Part shown: positions 1 to 9,167 of the stretch, in pieces | Layout of the letters: each line of letters begins with the position of its first letter | How positions within the stretch are numbered: the stretch's first letter is position 1 | DNA from: a virus | Lineage: Duplodnaviria; Heunggongvirae; Uroviricota; Caudoviricetes | IMG/VR virus record: IMGVR_UViG_3300028797_000097 | Reading direction: 5' to 3' (one strand) | DNA: 52,832 nt | The notes under the pieces: model-generated | Told to the model about the DNA's origin: nothing | What the model saw: the letters and a program-made list of their open reading frames with translations, nothing else | Database searches by the model: none | Made by a program: the position numbers and the translations under genes

Positions 1-437
1 AGAGTATAATCCTTACCAACCTTTGCATCAGTAATGCCAAGGTCAGATGGCTTGAAAAGAATACCTTGAGAAATAACTCCAAACTTTCCGAGCTTCATGC
101 TCTTGATTTTGAACTTCTTATCTCTGAGAAATTCAAAATATGGGTACTTAGAAGTTTCTTGAATTGCTTTGAGAGCAGCTTCAATTTCTTCCTTTGAAGA
201 ATCTGCTAATTCTTTGCCTTCCTTGATAGCAGTGTATTTAGCACGAAGTTCATCAGTTAAACCATCTGGAAGCAACGAGTCAATTTCGACATACATTGCC
301 AAATCACCAGGTTGATATTCACCTTTCTTAACGACTACAGTATAGTCCATAACCGTAGCAAGTTCAATTCTGTCCGCCCCAGGAATCTCTCGGATGTCCT
401 TAATTCTTACAATATATGCTAATGGTTTTCCAAACAT
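1..437 (-). CDS. RNA ligase, DRB0094/Rnl2-like family, N-terminal part (runs off window start; not in supplied ORF track)
   Basis: Own translation from ATG 437: MFGKPLAYIVRIKDIREIPGADRIELATVMDYTVVVKKGEYQPGDLAMYVEIDSLLP, the typical N-terminal OB-like module of this family; the catalytic domain lies outside the window. Confidence 0.8.
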   Translation of the reverse strand, partial: MFGKPLAYIVRIKDIREIPGADRIELATVMDYTVVVKKGEYQPGDLAMYVEIDSLLPDGLTDELRAKYTAIKEGKELADSSKEEIEAALKAIQETSKYPYFEFLRDKKFKIKSMKLGKFGVISQGILFKPSDLGITDAKVGKDYT

Positions 438-463
438 TTTATTATTACCTCTTTGTTGATTAC

Positions 464-492
464 AATATAGAAAAAGGGTTGACTTTCGTCAA
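464..492 (-). promoter_or_regulatory. sigma70-like early promoter fused to terminator hairpin
   Basis: TTGACG-N17-TATATT; hairpin gggttgac-tttc-gtcaaccc 476-495 contains the -35. Confidence 0.8.
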
Positions 493-520
493 CCCCCTAC
501 ACATGATTAAAGGATAATCA

Positions 521-751
521 TTAATATATACTTTTGAATTTTTCAAGCATTTCTTCAACATCCATTCTGAACTTTACAGAACAACCAATTGGAATAGTAT
601 CAATTACTGACTTTTTCCAAACATTAATTGTCGCATCAAATTCTTCAGGATCATGAAGTTCCGGTGCTTCGTCGAGTTCGTATGCGATACTATCGACTAA
701 TTCTTGAATTTTGTTAAACTTTTCCTTTACTGTATCTTCAACTGCAATCAT
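521..751 (-). CDS. hypothetical acidic protein
   Basis: 76-aa ORF, AGGA RBS, operon-like packing. Confidence 0.7.
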   Translation of the reverse strand: MIAVEDTVKEKFNKIQELVDSIAYELDEAPELHDPEEFDATINVWKKSVIDTIPIGCSVKFRMDVEEMLEKFKSIY

Positions 752-1019
752 TTATTTCCTTTATGTGATTGGTCAGGAGTTCATGATTGTTGGCAAGAAT
801 AGTGTATTCAGCTGCATGGACAAACATATCAGTTTCATATTTTTCATCTATGCCCACCTTAGAAGGGTCATAGTCTGAAACTACTCCCCTACTACAGAAC
901 TCCATAAAACCTAATATTTTATAACGTTTGTCTATAATATAGAAATTTATTACATGGGCGTTGATGACCCGAGTAATTTTTTTCAAAATTTTCACTTTCT
1001 TGCTAAAAAGAAAAGACAT
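738..1019 (-). CDS. hypothetical protein
   Basis: 93-aa ORF overlapping both neighbours. Confidence 0.65.
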   Translation of the reverse strand: MSFLFSKKVKILKKITRVINAHVINFYIIDKRYKILGFMEFCSRGVVSDYDPSKVGIDEKYETDMFVHAAEYTILANNHELLTNHIKEINDCS

Positions 1020-1228
1020 TATTTAAGTTTCCTTGCATACTTTTCACATTTTTCTGCAATATTTTTCCACATATCTCGCTTTTCACAATTATATGACCAA
1101 TTTTCATAATAGCAATCTGCATTATGGTCAAAAATATTGGCAATATAACGTGCCATCTTTGCACGAGAAATGTATAATTCGTATTTAGACATAATGGTTA
1201 TAATATTCTTTTTCGATAGTAAGGTCAA
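1019..1228 (-). CDS. hypothetical protein (start uncertain, possibly ATG 1195)
   Basis: ORF with stop/start overlap to the next gene. Confidence 0.55.
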   Translation of the reverse strand: MTLLSKKNIITIMSKYELYISRAKMARYIANIFDHNADCYYENWSYNCEKRDMWKNIAEKCEKYARKLK

Positions 1229-1610
1229 CTTCTTTTTGAATAATCTTTACATTATCCTTTGTAGGATTTGCAAATCCAACAGAACCTCCGAGCGGTGACC
1301 AGAAAATAACATCATTATCTTTAGAAATACCTTCATCAGGTTCCATAAATTCTACCTTGTCAACAAGACAAGTTTCAAAAAGATGATTTCTTGTTCCAAT
1401 ATCAGTAACACCTTCGATAACCGCAGTTCTGATAATCGGTTTTGTAAAATACATATAAAGTGTCGGAACTCTGAAATCGATAGGAAGTTTGTTTTCCTTT
1501 CTCCAATTCTGAATTGCTGCTCTGATTTCAGAACCAATCATTGCTGTAACGACAGAATGATTCTTTTTCTTTTCATTATTGTAAATATAAACAGGTGTTT
1601 TAACTGACAT
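1185..1610 (-). CDS. hypothetical protein
   Basis: ATG 1610 (MSVK) with GGAG RBS, first gene after promoter 1634-1662. Confidence 0.7.
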   Translation of the reverse strand: MSVKTPVYIYNNEKKKNHSVVTAMIGSEIRAAIQNWRKENKLPIDFRVPTLYMYFTKPIIRTAVIEGVTDIGTRNHLFETCLVDKVEFMEPDEGISKDNDVIFWSPLGGSVGFANPTKDNVKIIQKEVDLTIEKEYYNHYV

Positions 1611-1633
1611 AGAATTCTCCAAAAATTTTACTA

Positions 1634-1662
1634 AATATAATAAAAAATAGGGTTATTGTCAA
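1634..1662 (-). promoter_or_regulatory. sigma70-like early promoter fused to terminator hairpin
   Basis: TTGACA-N17-TATATT; inverted repeat atagggtt/aaccctat spans the -35. Confidence 0.85.
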
Positions 1663-1690
1663 CCCTATCTTTATTAGCTATTAATTTATA

Positions 1691-1906
1691 TTATTCGCCA
1701 ACTGGAGTATCAGACAGCATAGTAATACCGCCTTGACCATTAGTATAACTTACTACTGTTCCACCACGATGATCCATAATAACAAAATTAAGATTTTCTG
1801 CCTGTAAAAGTGCTGCAACAACAGAATTATACTTATTAGGCGTTTCTTGAGTTGATGCCATCTTAAGCAGGGTTGTAATGAGTGAATTAAGTTTCTTCTC
1901 GTCCAT
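1691..1906 (-). CDS. hypothetical protein
   Basis: 71-aa ORF, AGGA RBS. Confidence 0.7.
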   Translation of the reverse strand: MDEKKLNSLITTLLKMASTQETPNKYNSVVAALLQAENLNFVIMDHRGGTVVSYTNGQGGITMLSDTPVGE

Positions 1907-1907
1907 A

Positions 1908-2108
1908 TTAATCCTTATTTAATTGTTCTAATAAATTTGATAATACAATTCTAGCTTGCTTTCTATATAACTCTGTGCTAAAATCATGATATGATTCTTC
2001 TATCTTGTCAAGAAGCTTCATAAATTTAGGCATTTTCATAGAATCACTATTTAATGCTTGTGTTTCTATTTCAACTTTGGTTTTAGGAGCACTTCGCCAA
2101 TTAAGCAT
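1908..2108 (-). CDS. hypothetical protein
   Basis: 66-aa ORF, AGGA RBS. Confidence 0.7.
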   Translation of the reverse strand: MLNWRSAPKTKVEIETQALNSDSMKMPKFMKLLDKIEESYHDFSTELYRKQARIVLSNLLEQLNKD

Positions 2109-2132
2109 TTTTATCCTTTATTTTTAAAATAA

Positions 2133-2879
2133 TTAAATACCAAAATTTTCTAAGAAATAATCAGGAAGCTTTGGATTGAAATGTTGAATACGTATCGTTT
2201 CCAGTTTAAATTTTCCTGCATTATACGCACGAATAATCTTATCGTAATTTGGACCTTGAATACCTTTTCTAATAAGTTCATTAACTTCATGATATGTAAA
2301 GCCTAACTTTTCTTCGTCAGAAAGTGGTTGAAGCCCATCAATCGGTGTTTTATGCGTAAGTTCATATGGAAGTCCAAGGTCATCACCAATTTCGATAACT
2401 TCTTCCGTGGTTAGCATATCAATCGGTGCAAAGGAACCACAAGTATCTCCCCAAAGCGTAGCATAGGAAACTATATTTTCGCTGCGATTGCATGTGTTAG
2501 CCATTAACCAACCATTAGTTTGTGCTGTTACCATAATCTGATTAGTACGAAGCCTTGCACCAACATTTGTCTTAGCATCATAAGACTTATCTGCGCCAGG
2601 AACAAGTGCTAAAGATTCTTTAACAAGTGTTTCAATATCTTGAACATCATAACTAATGCCAAGATGATCAACTAATTGATAAGAGCAAGAAATATCCTTT
2701 TGAATACCACATGGAAGTAATACACCATGTACATGTTCTTTACCTAATGCTTCTTTACAAATAGCTGCGACAACACTAGAATCTTTGCCACCAGAAATAC
2801 CAAGAACAGCATCAGTTTTACCTACTCGGTTGAAAAAATCTGCTGTCCAATCAATTACGTTTTTAGTTAATGTCTTCAT
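2133..2879 (-). CDS. nadE: NH3-dependent NAD+ synthetase
   Basis: PP-loop LGISGGKDSS, NVGARLR, NTCNRSE, YATLWGD, DEEKLGFTY; 248 aa, no glutaminase domain. Confidence 0.93.
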   Translation of the reverse strand: MKTLTKNVIDWTADFFNRVGKTDAVLGISGGKDSSVVAAICKEALGKEHVHGVLLPCGIQKDISCSYQLVDHLGISYDVQDIETLVKESLALVPGADKSYDAKTNVGARLRTNQIMVTAQTNGWLMANTCNRSENIVSYATLWGDTCGSFAPIDMLTTEEVIEIGDDLGLPYELTHKTPIDGLQPLSDEEKLGFTYHEVNELIRKGIQGPNYDKIIRAYNAGKFKLETIRIQHFNPKLPDYFLENFGI

Positions 2880-2958
2880 AATTTTTCCTTGATTAATTTT
2901 AAACTTTTATATTATCAAAGATAGCAAAGAAAACAGAGCTGAAATGTAAATTTATTTT

Positions 2959-3102
2959 TTACTTTCCCTCTCCCTTCTCGAACCAACGAAGTTCTCGAAG
3001 TTGCTTTCTAATGTCATTAAATGTATTTCTTTCCTTGATAATTACACCTCCAACCAGTGTAATCCCCAAAAGTGCCAAAACGGCTTTTAAAAATTTATTC
3101 AT
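2959..3102 (-). CDS. 47-aa single-TM protein (not in ORF track)
   Basis: MNKFLKAVLALLGITLVGGVIIKERNTFNDIRKQLRELRWFEKGEGK with AAGGA RBS. Confidence 0.7.
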   Translation of the reverse strand: MNKFLKAVLALLGITLVGGVIIKERNTFNDIRKQLRELRWFEKGEGK

Positions 3103-3131
3103 AATATATCCTTTTTAAAATGTCTGGCACA

Positions 3132-3160
3132 AATATAGTAAATTTTACTTAAATTGTAAA
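3132..3160 (-). promoter_or_regulatory. sigma70-like early promoter
   Basis: TTTACA-N17-TATATT. Confidence 0.75.
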
Positions 3161-3162
3161 CC

Positions 3163-3564
3163 TTACTTCTTTTTTAATAATTCAGTAAATTTATCGGCTA
3201 ATTTGCCAGCATCTGATTTTTCTCTTTCCTGAAACATCGGATCAACTTTCTTTTTAGGTGGGTTTGATTTTGCTTTAGGATAATGTTGTGGAAAATTACC
3301 TTTAATTTTTTGTCTGGGATATGATGGGTCACGTGCAGACATAAAGCTATTGAATCTTTTATCAATATCATCAAGATTTTTTTCAACCTGTTCGATACTA
3401 GCTTCTATAGATTTAATAGATGCATCTACTGAATCTTCAACTCTTGGAATAGTCTTAATCCACTTACCAAATTTTTGATCTTGTGGTTCAGGACCAAGAA
3501 CACGCCAGCCCATGCCTTCCATCATACCTTTTACATCATCTAAATTCATGTATAGATACCTCAT
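3163..3564 (-). CDS. hypothetical coiled-coil protein
   Basis: 133-aa ORF overlapping the macrodomain stop (ATGA). Confidence 0.7.
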   Translation of the reverse strand: MRYLYMNLDDVKGMMEGMGWRVLGPEPQDQKFGKWIKTIPRVEDSVDASIKSIEASIEQVEKNLDDIDKRFNSFMSARDPSYPRQKIKGNFPQHYPKAKSNPPKKKVDPMFQEREKSDAGKLADKFTELLKKK

Positions 3565-4373
3565 TCTAGTATTTCTTTAAATACTTTGTAATTAGTATCA
3601 TCCTTTCCACAATAGACAGCAAATTCAATATTCTTGAAGAAGTATTTTCCGAGTTCCATAGCTTTTTTATAAGCCTTGGCTACGATTTCAGGTGGGTTTT
3701 TGAATGCTCCACAACCGAATGCGCCAAGAATAATTGTTTCATCACCATGAGATGCAGCTAAGTTAAAAATATGAACTGCTCTGCGGAAATGAATATTAAA
3801 CAATTCTTCATCAGTAACGTTTGGTTTTTCACCACGTTCATGGTTGTAAGCGTTTGCAGGTGTTTCACGAAGATTAGGTGCTGCACAAGTAATTACATCT
3901 ACAGAGAATGGACGATACAATAAGTTATAATTGTCCGATTTGATAATTTGAATATTGGGTGTGTAAATTGCATCATTGTTATGAAGTGCATTCCCATATT
4001 CTTTATGTGGTTTATAAAAGATTTCGTCAAACTTCGGGTCAGACAAAACATTATAAAGTGTAGAACAACGACAAAGACATTCTTCTTGTGCATTAGAACC
4101 CTTTGTTACACCGCCACCAGGATTTGTAGCAGAAGCAAAATTGAGAACTGCTACCTTACCAGTATATTTTCTTGCCGCATCAAAAGAACTACTCTTAGTA
4201 ACCTTGACAGTTCCTGGAGTTTTGTTCTCACAGAAAAAGTCAATCGTCATATCATCGGCAAGAAACTCCGAATTTTCAATCGAATACTTAATAGAATTCT
4301 GTAAGGTTTTATCCTTACTGATTAATTCTTGAGTATGATTAAAAATTTTAATATTTTCTTCTTTACTAGCCAT
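3561..4373 (-). CDS. TIGR02452-type macrodomain / bacterial PARG-like ADP-ribosylhydrolase
   Basis: VLNFASATNPGGG, AQEECLCRCSTLY (GGG-x-QEE), ILGAFGCGAF. Confidence 0.88.
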   Translation of the reverse strand: MASKEENIKIFNHTQELISKDKTLQNSIKYSIENSEFLADDMTIDFFCENKTPGTVKVTKSSSFDAARKYTGKVAVLNFASATNPGGGVTKGSNAQEECLCRCSTLYNVLSDPKFDEIFYKPHKEYGNALHNNDAIYTPNIQIIKSDNYNLLYRPFSVDVITCAAPNLRETPANAYNHERGEKPNVTDEELFNIHFRRAVHIFNLAASHGDETIILGAFGCGAFKNPPEIVAKAYKKAMELGKYFFKNIEFAVYCGKDDTNYKVFKEILE

Positions 4374-4375
4374 GA

Positions 4376-4657
4376 TTAAGCCTTAAACATATCATCACAC
4401 TTCAAGAGCAAACGATCAATCTTGGGCTGGATCATCTTTTGGTTATATGGATCATCGCCAACGATGTCATTCTTGGTCCAGTGGCAGAGTCTACCGATAA
4501 TAAGGAACCAGAAGACATTTGCAAGTGGTGACATAAAAATATCAAGCACACTTGGATGAAATGGTACATGGTCCATTTTATGGCCAACATAGAGTGCGAT
4601 AATGCCAGCTGCATACATTGCAATGACAGTGAGAATGATAGTAGTGATTGTAGTCAT
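4376..4657 (-). CDS. small membrane protein
   Basis: Two hydrophobic segments, AAGGA RBS. Confidence 0.65.
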   Translation of the reverse strand: MTTITTIILTVIAMYAAGIIALYVGHKMDHVPFHPSVLDIFMSPLANVFWFLIIGRLCHWTKNDIVGDDPYNQKMIQPKIDRLLLKCDDMFKA

Positions 4658-4690
4658 GTTTATTTTTCCTTTGGTTATAGTTTTTTATAA

Positions 4691-4719
4691 AATATAACAA
4701 AAAGCAGGGCTGTTGTCAA
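4691..4719 (-). promoter_or_regulatory. sigma70-like early promoter fused to terminator hairpin
   Basis: TTGACA-N17-TATATT; stem aagcaggg/ccctgctt plus U-tract. Confidence 0.85.
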
Positions 4720-4757
4720 CCCTGCTTAATGATTTTATTTAGGAGAAATCCTTTTTA

Positions 4758-5408
4758 TTAGACACCCTTGTAAGCTTTGACGACTTCTTCGAATTCAGTG
4801 TCGAGAGCGACAGTTTCGATAGTCTGAGTGCCCTTACCACCCTTACCGGTGATTTCGGCAATTTCCTGCTTAGCTTCGATGTGGAACTGAGTGGTCTTGA
4901 CTTCGCTTTCGATTTCAGCAATCATAGCGTTGCAATCGATACCGAAATCGCCAATCTTGTTGCGATCGCACATCTTGAGTGTATCGATCTGGACCTGGAG
5001 AGCAGTGAGCTTAGCTTCGATGAGAGCCTTGTTGGTGTCGATGTTCTTGAGAGTGTCGCGAACCTGGACACACTGCTTTTCTGTGTTCTGCCAAGCAGTT
5101 TCGATAGTGTCACGAGCAGTCTTCATGCCCTTGTAAACAATATACTTAATCTTAGCTTCATCGAGCTTGTCAGCAGCGATGAGAGATTCGTAGACACGCT
5201 TGCTAGTAGCGGTCTTTTCGTCGAGTTCCTCGAACTTGGCCTTGAGTTCCTTAGCGTTGACCAGCATATCTTCAGCCGACTTGATATACTGAGCGGCATT
5301 CTTATTATACTGATAACGGATTTCCTCAATCTTATCCTTGGTGGAGATGAGGCCTTCGAGACCACGCTGAGCCTTGTGAGCGAAGATTTTGAAGATATTG
5401 AAAGACAT
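4758..5408 (-). CDS. PspA/IM30-like coiled-coil protein
   Basis: 216 aa, continuous heptad coiled coil, PspA-like length and layout; family call by resemblance only. Confidence 0.55.
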   Translation of the reverse strand: MSFNIFKIFAHKAQRGLEGLISTKDKIEEIRYQYNKNAAQYIKSAEDMLVNAKELKAKFEELDEKTATSKRVYESLIAADKLDEAKIKYIVYKGMKTARDTIETAWQNTEKQCVQVRDTLKNIDTNKALIEAKLTALQVQIDTLKMCDRNKIGDFGIDCNAMIAEIESEVKTTQFHIEAKQEIAEITGKGGKGTQTIETVALDTEFEEVVKAYKGV

Positions 5409-5466
5409 AGTTTTGTTTCCTTATGTTAATTGTTGAATTGTTTTATTGTTTTTTGTTTATGTGCAT

Positions 5467-5495
5467 AATATAGTAATTATTATCGCACTTGTAAA
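5467..5495 (-). promoter_or_regulatory. sigma70-like early promoter
   Basis: TTTACA-N17-TATATT. Confidence 0.75.
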
Positions 5496-5503
5496 CCCCC
5501 TGA

Positions 5504-5947
5504 TTATAAAAATTTTATGCAGGCAACCTTAGTGGGATCTACTTTATATTTAAGGTGCTTGTTGAGACGCTTAATCTCATCATTTTTTATATCAGTTAAT
5601 GCATTATATACCTCTGGAATGCAACATCCGCGAGTACTATGGCAATATTCAACTATCGGTGCAGTTCTAGCATCAAATCGTTCTGAAAACTCTTTAATAT
5701 ATGCTAGTTCTTCTTCAGATGAATATTGAATTGTATTACCGTAGAAATCTACAGTTCCAATAGCCGGATGTTCACGTTCCTTTAAATAATCATTAAAGTC
5801 TTCAATAGTATTTTCTAATACCATACTAAAGAGAGTTTCATCTACAGGCTTTTCTCTCGTGCTATATTTAATAATATTGCACAAGCAAGCAGCTCTTACA
5901 GGTTGATCTTCTCTAGGTATCGGTGGAAATGCTGTTCCTGGACCCAT
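5504..5947 (-). CDS. hypothetical protein, paralog of 5960..6493
   Basis: Shared FNDYLK..HPAIG..DF and EIKRLNKHLKYKVD motifs. Confidence 0.7.
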   Translation of the reverse strand: MGPGTAFPPIPREDQPVRAACLCNIIKYSTREKPVDETLFSMVLENTIEDFNDYLKEREHPAIGTVDFYGNTIQYSSEEELAYIKEFSERFDARTAPIVEYCHSTRGCCIPEVYNALTDIKNDEIKRLNKHLKYKVDPTKVACIKFL

Positions 5948-5959
5948 ATATTCTCCAAA

Positions 5960-6493
5960 TTACGAATAATAATAACCGTCTATATTAAGATATGTATTTT
6001 CATTATCTAATTTATAGACAATATGTTTATTTAACCATTCAATTTCTGACGCTTTTAGTCTATGGATGTCGCCACAAATGGTATTTACATATTCACCCAC
6101 TTTATATCGAGGATGTCGATGAATATGCCACATAAGACTTTCAGCTGCGGTTTTAATAAATGATTTTTCTATCTCGGTTGTTACTGGAATTTTAATATTA
6201 AAAAAATCAGCATAACCGATAATTGGATAATCATGTGGTTTCAAAAATTCATTATACTCATTAAGCAATAAAGGCAAAAGATCCTTAAAAACCCTTTCAC
6301 CTTCATCATATCTGGTTACTTTGAAATAACCTTTTTCAGTATGAACTAAATCTCTATAAGTATAATATTTTTCGCCATTAATACATTCTACTCTAGGATA
6401 ACCTTTATATTTTGGTTTTTCAGGTTGTGCCTGAGGCGGAACTGGACAAGGTGCACGTGACATACTGTTTCCTAATATTTCTCTATCAATCAT
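5960..6493 (-). CDS. hypothetical protein, paralog of 5504..5947
   Basis: YNEFLK..YPIIG..DF and EIEWLNKHIVYKLD motifs. Confidence 0.7.
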   Translation of the reverse strand: MIDREILGNSMSRAPCPVPPQAQPEKPKYKGYPRVECINGEKYYTYRDLVHTEKGYFKVTRYDEGERVFKDLLPLLLNEYNEFLKPHDYPIIGYADFFNIKIPVTTEIEKSFIKTAAESLMWHIHRHPRYKVGEYVNTICGDIHRLKASEIEWLNKHIVYKLDNENTYLNIDGYYYS

Positions 6494-7067
6494 CTAGTAA
6501 TTTATTAAATTCATTAATCATTCCTCGTTCAGGAGTTTTTGGTTTATAAATTGTCTTACTTGCAAGGTAATCAATAAAATGACCACAAAGATGGAATATA
6601 CCAATAATAGAAGAAACTACTCCCAAAACGATTAAGCCCGGAATAATGGCAAATGATAAAATTAAAAAACTCCAGTAACAAATTCTAAGTTTAATAGATG
6701 CTGCAGTTCCATCTTTAATAGTTTGCCAATCATCAGCTGGTCTATAATCTGTATCATCTCTTAATAATTTCTGTTTTTCTTTATATTCCCAACTCCAATC
6801 ATTATAATTATCAGCAGTAATAGCCATCATAAGAAAAGAAAATGCACAAGAACATAATATTGTTACATATGGCCATATCATTCCGTTTCTTTTGAAATAA
6901 AACCAAAAATTATTTTGAATAATATTTGTATTTGATTCCAAAATACCGGCGATTGACATGACTACCATGAAACAACAAAATATTATTGCAACGCTTTGAA
7001 GCAAACACATATACCATTCGCCCCAAGCATCTCCATTTAAAAGTGCCTTATTAATTTTTCTTACCAT
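6486..7067 (-). CDS. multi-pass membrane protein
   Basis: About 3 hydrophobic segments; C-terminal MINEFNKLL. Confidence 0.7.
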   Translation of the reverse strand: MVRKINKALLNGDAWGEWYMCLLQSVAIIFCCFMVVMSIAGILESNTNIIQNNFWFYFKRNGMIWPYVTILCSCAFSFLMMAITADNYNDWSWEYKEKQKLLRDDTDYRPADDWQTIKDGTAASIKLRICYWSFLILSFAIIPGLIVLGVVSSIIGIFHLCGHFIDYLASKTIYKPKTPERGMINEFNKLLDD

Positions 7068-7606
7068 GGTTCTGTCCCCACTAGTTTATTATATTCGTCA
7101 ATAATAGTTTTCTTGTATTTTTCTGGAGATTTCTTTCTATAACTATTAAGCATATTACTAACAGATAGTTTATTATGGAATGCTATAGCACATTCACACA
7201 AGAAAGCGAAGAATCTTGCAGAATTCGTAACAATAACTAATATAATTGCAATAGGTGCAAATAAAATACTTCCACCAAACAAGATATTACAACCAAGATA
7301 GAAAATACTTTCAAAATATGATTTTTCATCGTGATTATAATAATAATCTCTATGTTTGTCTATTGCAAACATTAAACAGATATCACCAACAATAAACAGA
7401 ATAATAGGTAATACAATAGCCCACCAATGTTCATGCAAAAAATTGTGCATAACGATAGTGCTTTGCCATGCATTTCGTTGTAAATTACCAAAACCATTAA
7501 CAAGGAGGTAAATTGCTGCAACGACTTGGAAAATTACTTCAATCGAAATAACTCCAACCCACCATTCTTGACCTTTAAAAAAGTAATCAGATAAAAACTT
7601 CTTCAT
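7061..7606 (-). CDS. multi-pass membrane protein
   Basis: About 3 hydrophobic segments; C-terminal IIDEYNKLV. Confidence 0.7.
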   Translation of the reverse strand: MKKFLSDYFFKGQEWWVGVISIEVIFQVVAAIYLLVNGFGNLQRNAWQSTIVMHNFLHEHWWAIVLPIILFIVGDICLMFAIDKHRDYYYNHDEKSYFESIFYLGCNILFGGSILFAPIAIILVIVTNSARFFAFLCECAIAFHNKLSVSNMLNSYRKKSPEKYKKTIIDEYNKLVGTEPW

Positions 7607-7615
7607 ATATTCTCC

Positions 7616-7921
7616 TTATTTAAATACCATTGGAACGGCAGACATTGGAAGCGGTTTATTAGGAATTGCTTTACAACATTGCTTTGATCGTGGCGTATAT
7701 GATGAACGAGTGTTTTCTGCAGCTAAATGACCTTTGTATTCCAGAATACTTTGTTCATATAACTTAGCACGTTTTTCAACCATAAGCTCATGATTTGCTT
7801 TATTAAATTTGACATCCATAGCAAAGTAAGTTATTAATAATGCAACGAAAAGAACTGCTCCGACAATCGATGTTACTGCATAGCAATCATCATAATTTAA
7901 TCTATGATTTTTTGTTCTCAT
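7616..7921 (-). CDS. single-TM protein
   Basis: One hydrophobic helix near the N-terminus. Confidence 0.65.
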   Translation of the reverse strand: MRTKNHRLNYDDCYAVTSIVGAVLFVALLITYFAMDVKFNKANHELMVEKRAKLYEQSILEYKGHLAAENTRSSYTPRSKQCCKAIPNKPLPMSAVPMVFK

Positions 7922-7924
7922 GGT

Positions 7925-8437
7925 TTAGTTTCTCCTTAAATGGTCGTTAAGATTACTGATAACGTTAGGAAGTATTCTACTAACTCTATCATTAATGTTA
8001 GTCATTGCTTCAATCTTTTTCTCTTTATGGTTTTTTGGGAACATGAAAATAAAAGTTAATGTATCTATTATCGGTAAAATATAATACCAATAACTACTAG
8101 AATTTGACGATACAATAGCACTTATAATTCCGACCAAAAACAGATAAGCAGCAACGATTAAAAGTCTATTAATCCACTGTAAAATAGTTGAATTAGTATC
8201 TTGATATTCAATCATTTTTGGTGCATAGTATTTAGTATCAATCTGTTCAATATCATATGTACTTAAATGATATTTAGCATTAAGATGCTTAAGTGATTCT
8301 GGAGTGCTTCCACACCAACAATGTGTATCTTTTACTGGTTCTTTTACTGTTTTTGTTATAGTTTGTGTTGGTATTCCCATAATTGCTAATACAATACAGA
8401 ATACTATCACTAGTTCTGAGATGACTTTTATAAGCAT
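7925..8437 (-). CDS. membrane protein
   Basis: N-terminal TM, CWC motif, two C-terminal TMs. Confidence 0.65.
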   Translation of the reverse strand: MLIKVISELVIVFCIVLAIMGIPTQTITKTVKEPVKDTHCWCGSTPESLKHLNAKYHLSTYDIEQIDTKYYAPKMIEYQDTNSTILQWINRLLIVAAYLFLVGIISAIVSSNSSSYWYYILPIIDTLTFIFMFPKNHKEKKIEAMTNINDRVSRILPNVISNLNDHLRRN

Positions 8438-8454
8438 TGATATGCTCCTATGGT

Positions 8455-8976
8455 TTAGTTTTTAAGAAAGTTGTTATAAGTACTTATCATTTCTTTTTCT
8501 GTTTTTTCTCGAACAATCATTTTTTCTTTTGTTTTTCTTGGTGCGAATAACATAAAGAAATGTTCAAGACAGAAATTAACGGCATAGAATAAATACCTAG
8601 TGAAATCATAAAGAAGAATAAACGGTGCTACCATAAGCAATGCACCACTGCAAGTAGCAAATACCCAAAAATATCCAGCAACTAAGAATCTTCGGTCGTC
8701 ATTACTTGTATACTGTGAATCAGCAAATAATGTGAAAACGCCGAAAATAATAGAAATTATTACCATGATAAGTCCGATTAACCAAACTTTAGCACCTGGT
8801 GGAGCAACAAGTGAAAGATTACCCATTTCTTCTGGAGTTGTAGCAAAATAACCAACGCCAGTAATAACGCTAAAAATAACAATACACAGGACAGATAAAA
8901 CTGTTAAAGCATATGAAAATTCATTATAACTAGCGTCAATAATTGATTTACCAGTATCTTTGAGTAATTTAAACAT
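8455..8976 (-). CDS. multi-pass membrane protein
   Basis: About 3 TMs; C-terminal MISTYNNFL. Confidence 0.7.
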   Translation of the reverse strand: MFKLLKDTGKSIIDASYNEFSYALTVLSVLCIVIFSVITGVGYFATTPEEMGNLSLVAPPGAKVWLIGLIMVIISIIFGVFTLFADSQYTSNDDRRFLVAGYFWVFATCSGALLMVAPFILLYDFTRYLFYAVNFCLEHFFMLFAPRKTKEKMIVREKTEKEMISTYNNFLKN

Positions 8977-9167
8977 TATGGATTTTCTCCTTTGACAAAT
9001 TTGTCAAGAAGTTCTAAGAATTTATCTTCTTCTAAAAAGAATGGATCTTGCCCATACCAACCGAAGAAATTGAACATAAACTGTCCAAAACGCCAATCAG
9101 GGAAATGGGTTATATGGACAGTTTGAAGTTTTTGATAAAAATCGTAAAGACGATTCGGATCTCGCAT
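8976..9167 (-). CDS. small conserved-phage-type hypothetical protein
   Basis: MRDPNRL...PDWRFGQF...DPFFLE pattern seen in many phage ORFs. Confidence 0.7.
   Translation of the reverse strand: MRDPNRLYDFYQKLQTVHITHFPDWRFGQFMFNFFGWYGQDPFFLEEDKFLELLDKFVKGENP

Noticed and set aside
2918-2950. Possible dedicated nadE promoter
   Set aside because: The -10 is degenerate (TATCTT) and the nearest TTTACA gives a 21-bp spacer. nadE is more simply read from the promoter at 3132-3160.
4739-5429. Long alternative-frame and antisense ORFs over the PspA-like gene (e.g. 4881..5429 +), and similar ones over pncB, pncA, the radical SAM gene and 17572
   Set aside because: They have no RBS or promoter and no recognisable motifs. 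They are explained by codon bias of the real gene on the other strand or frame.
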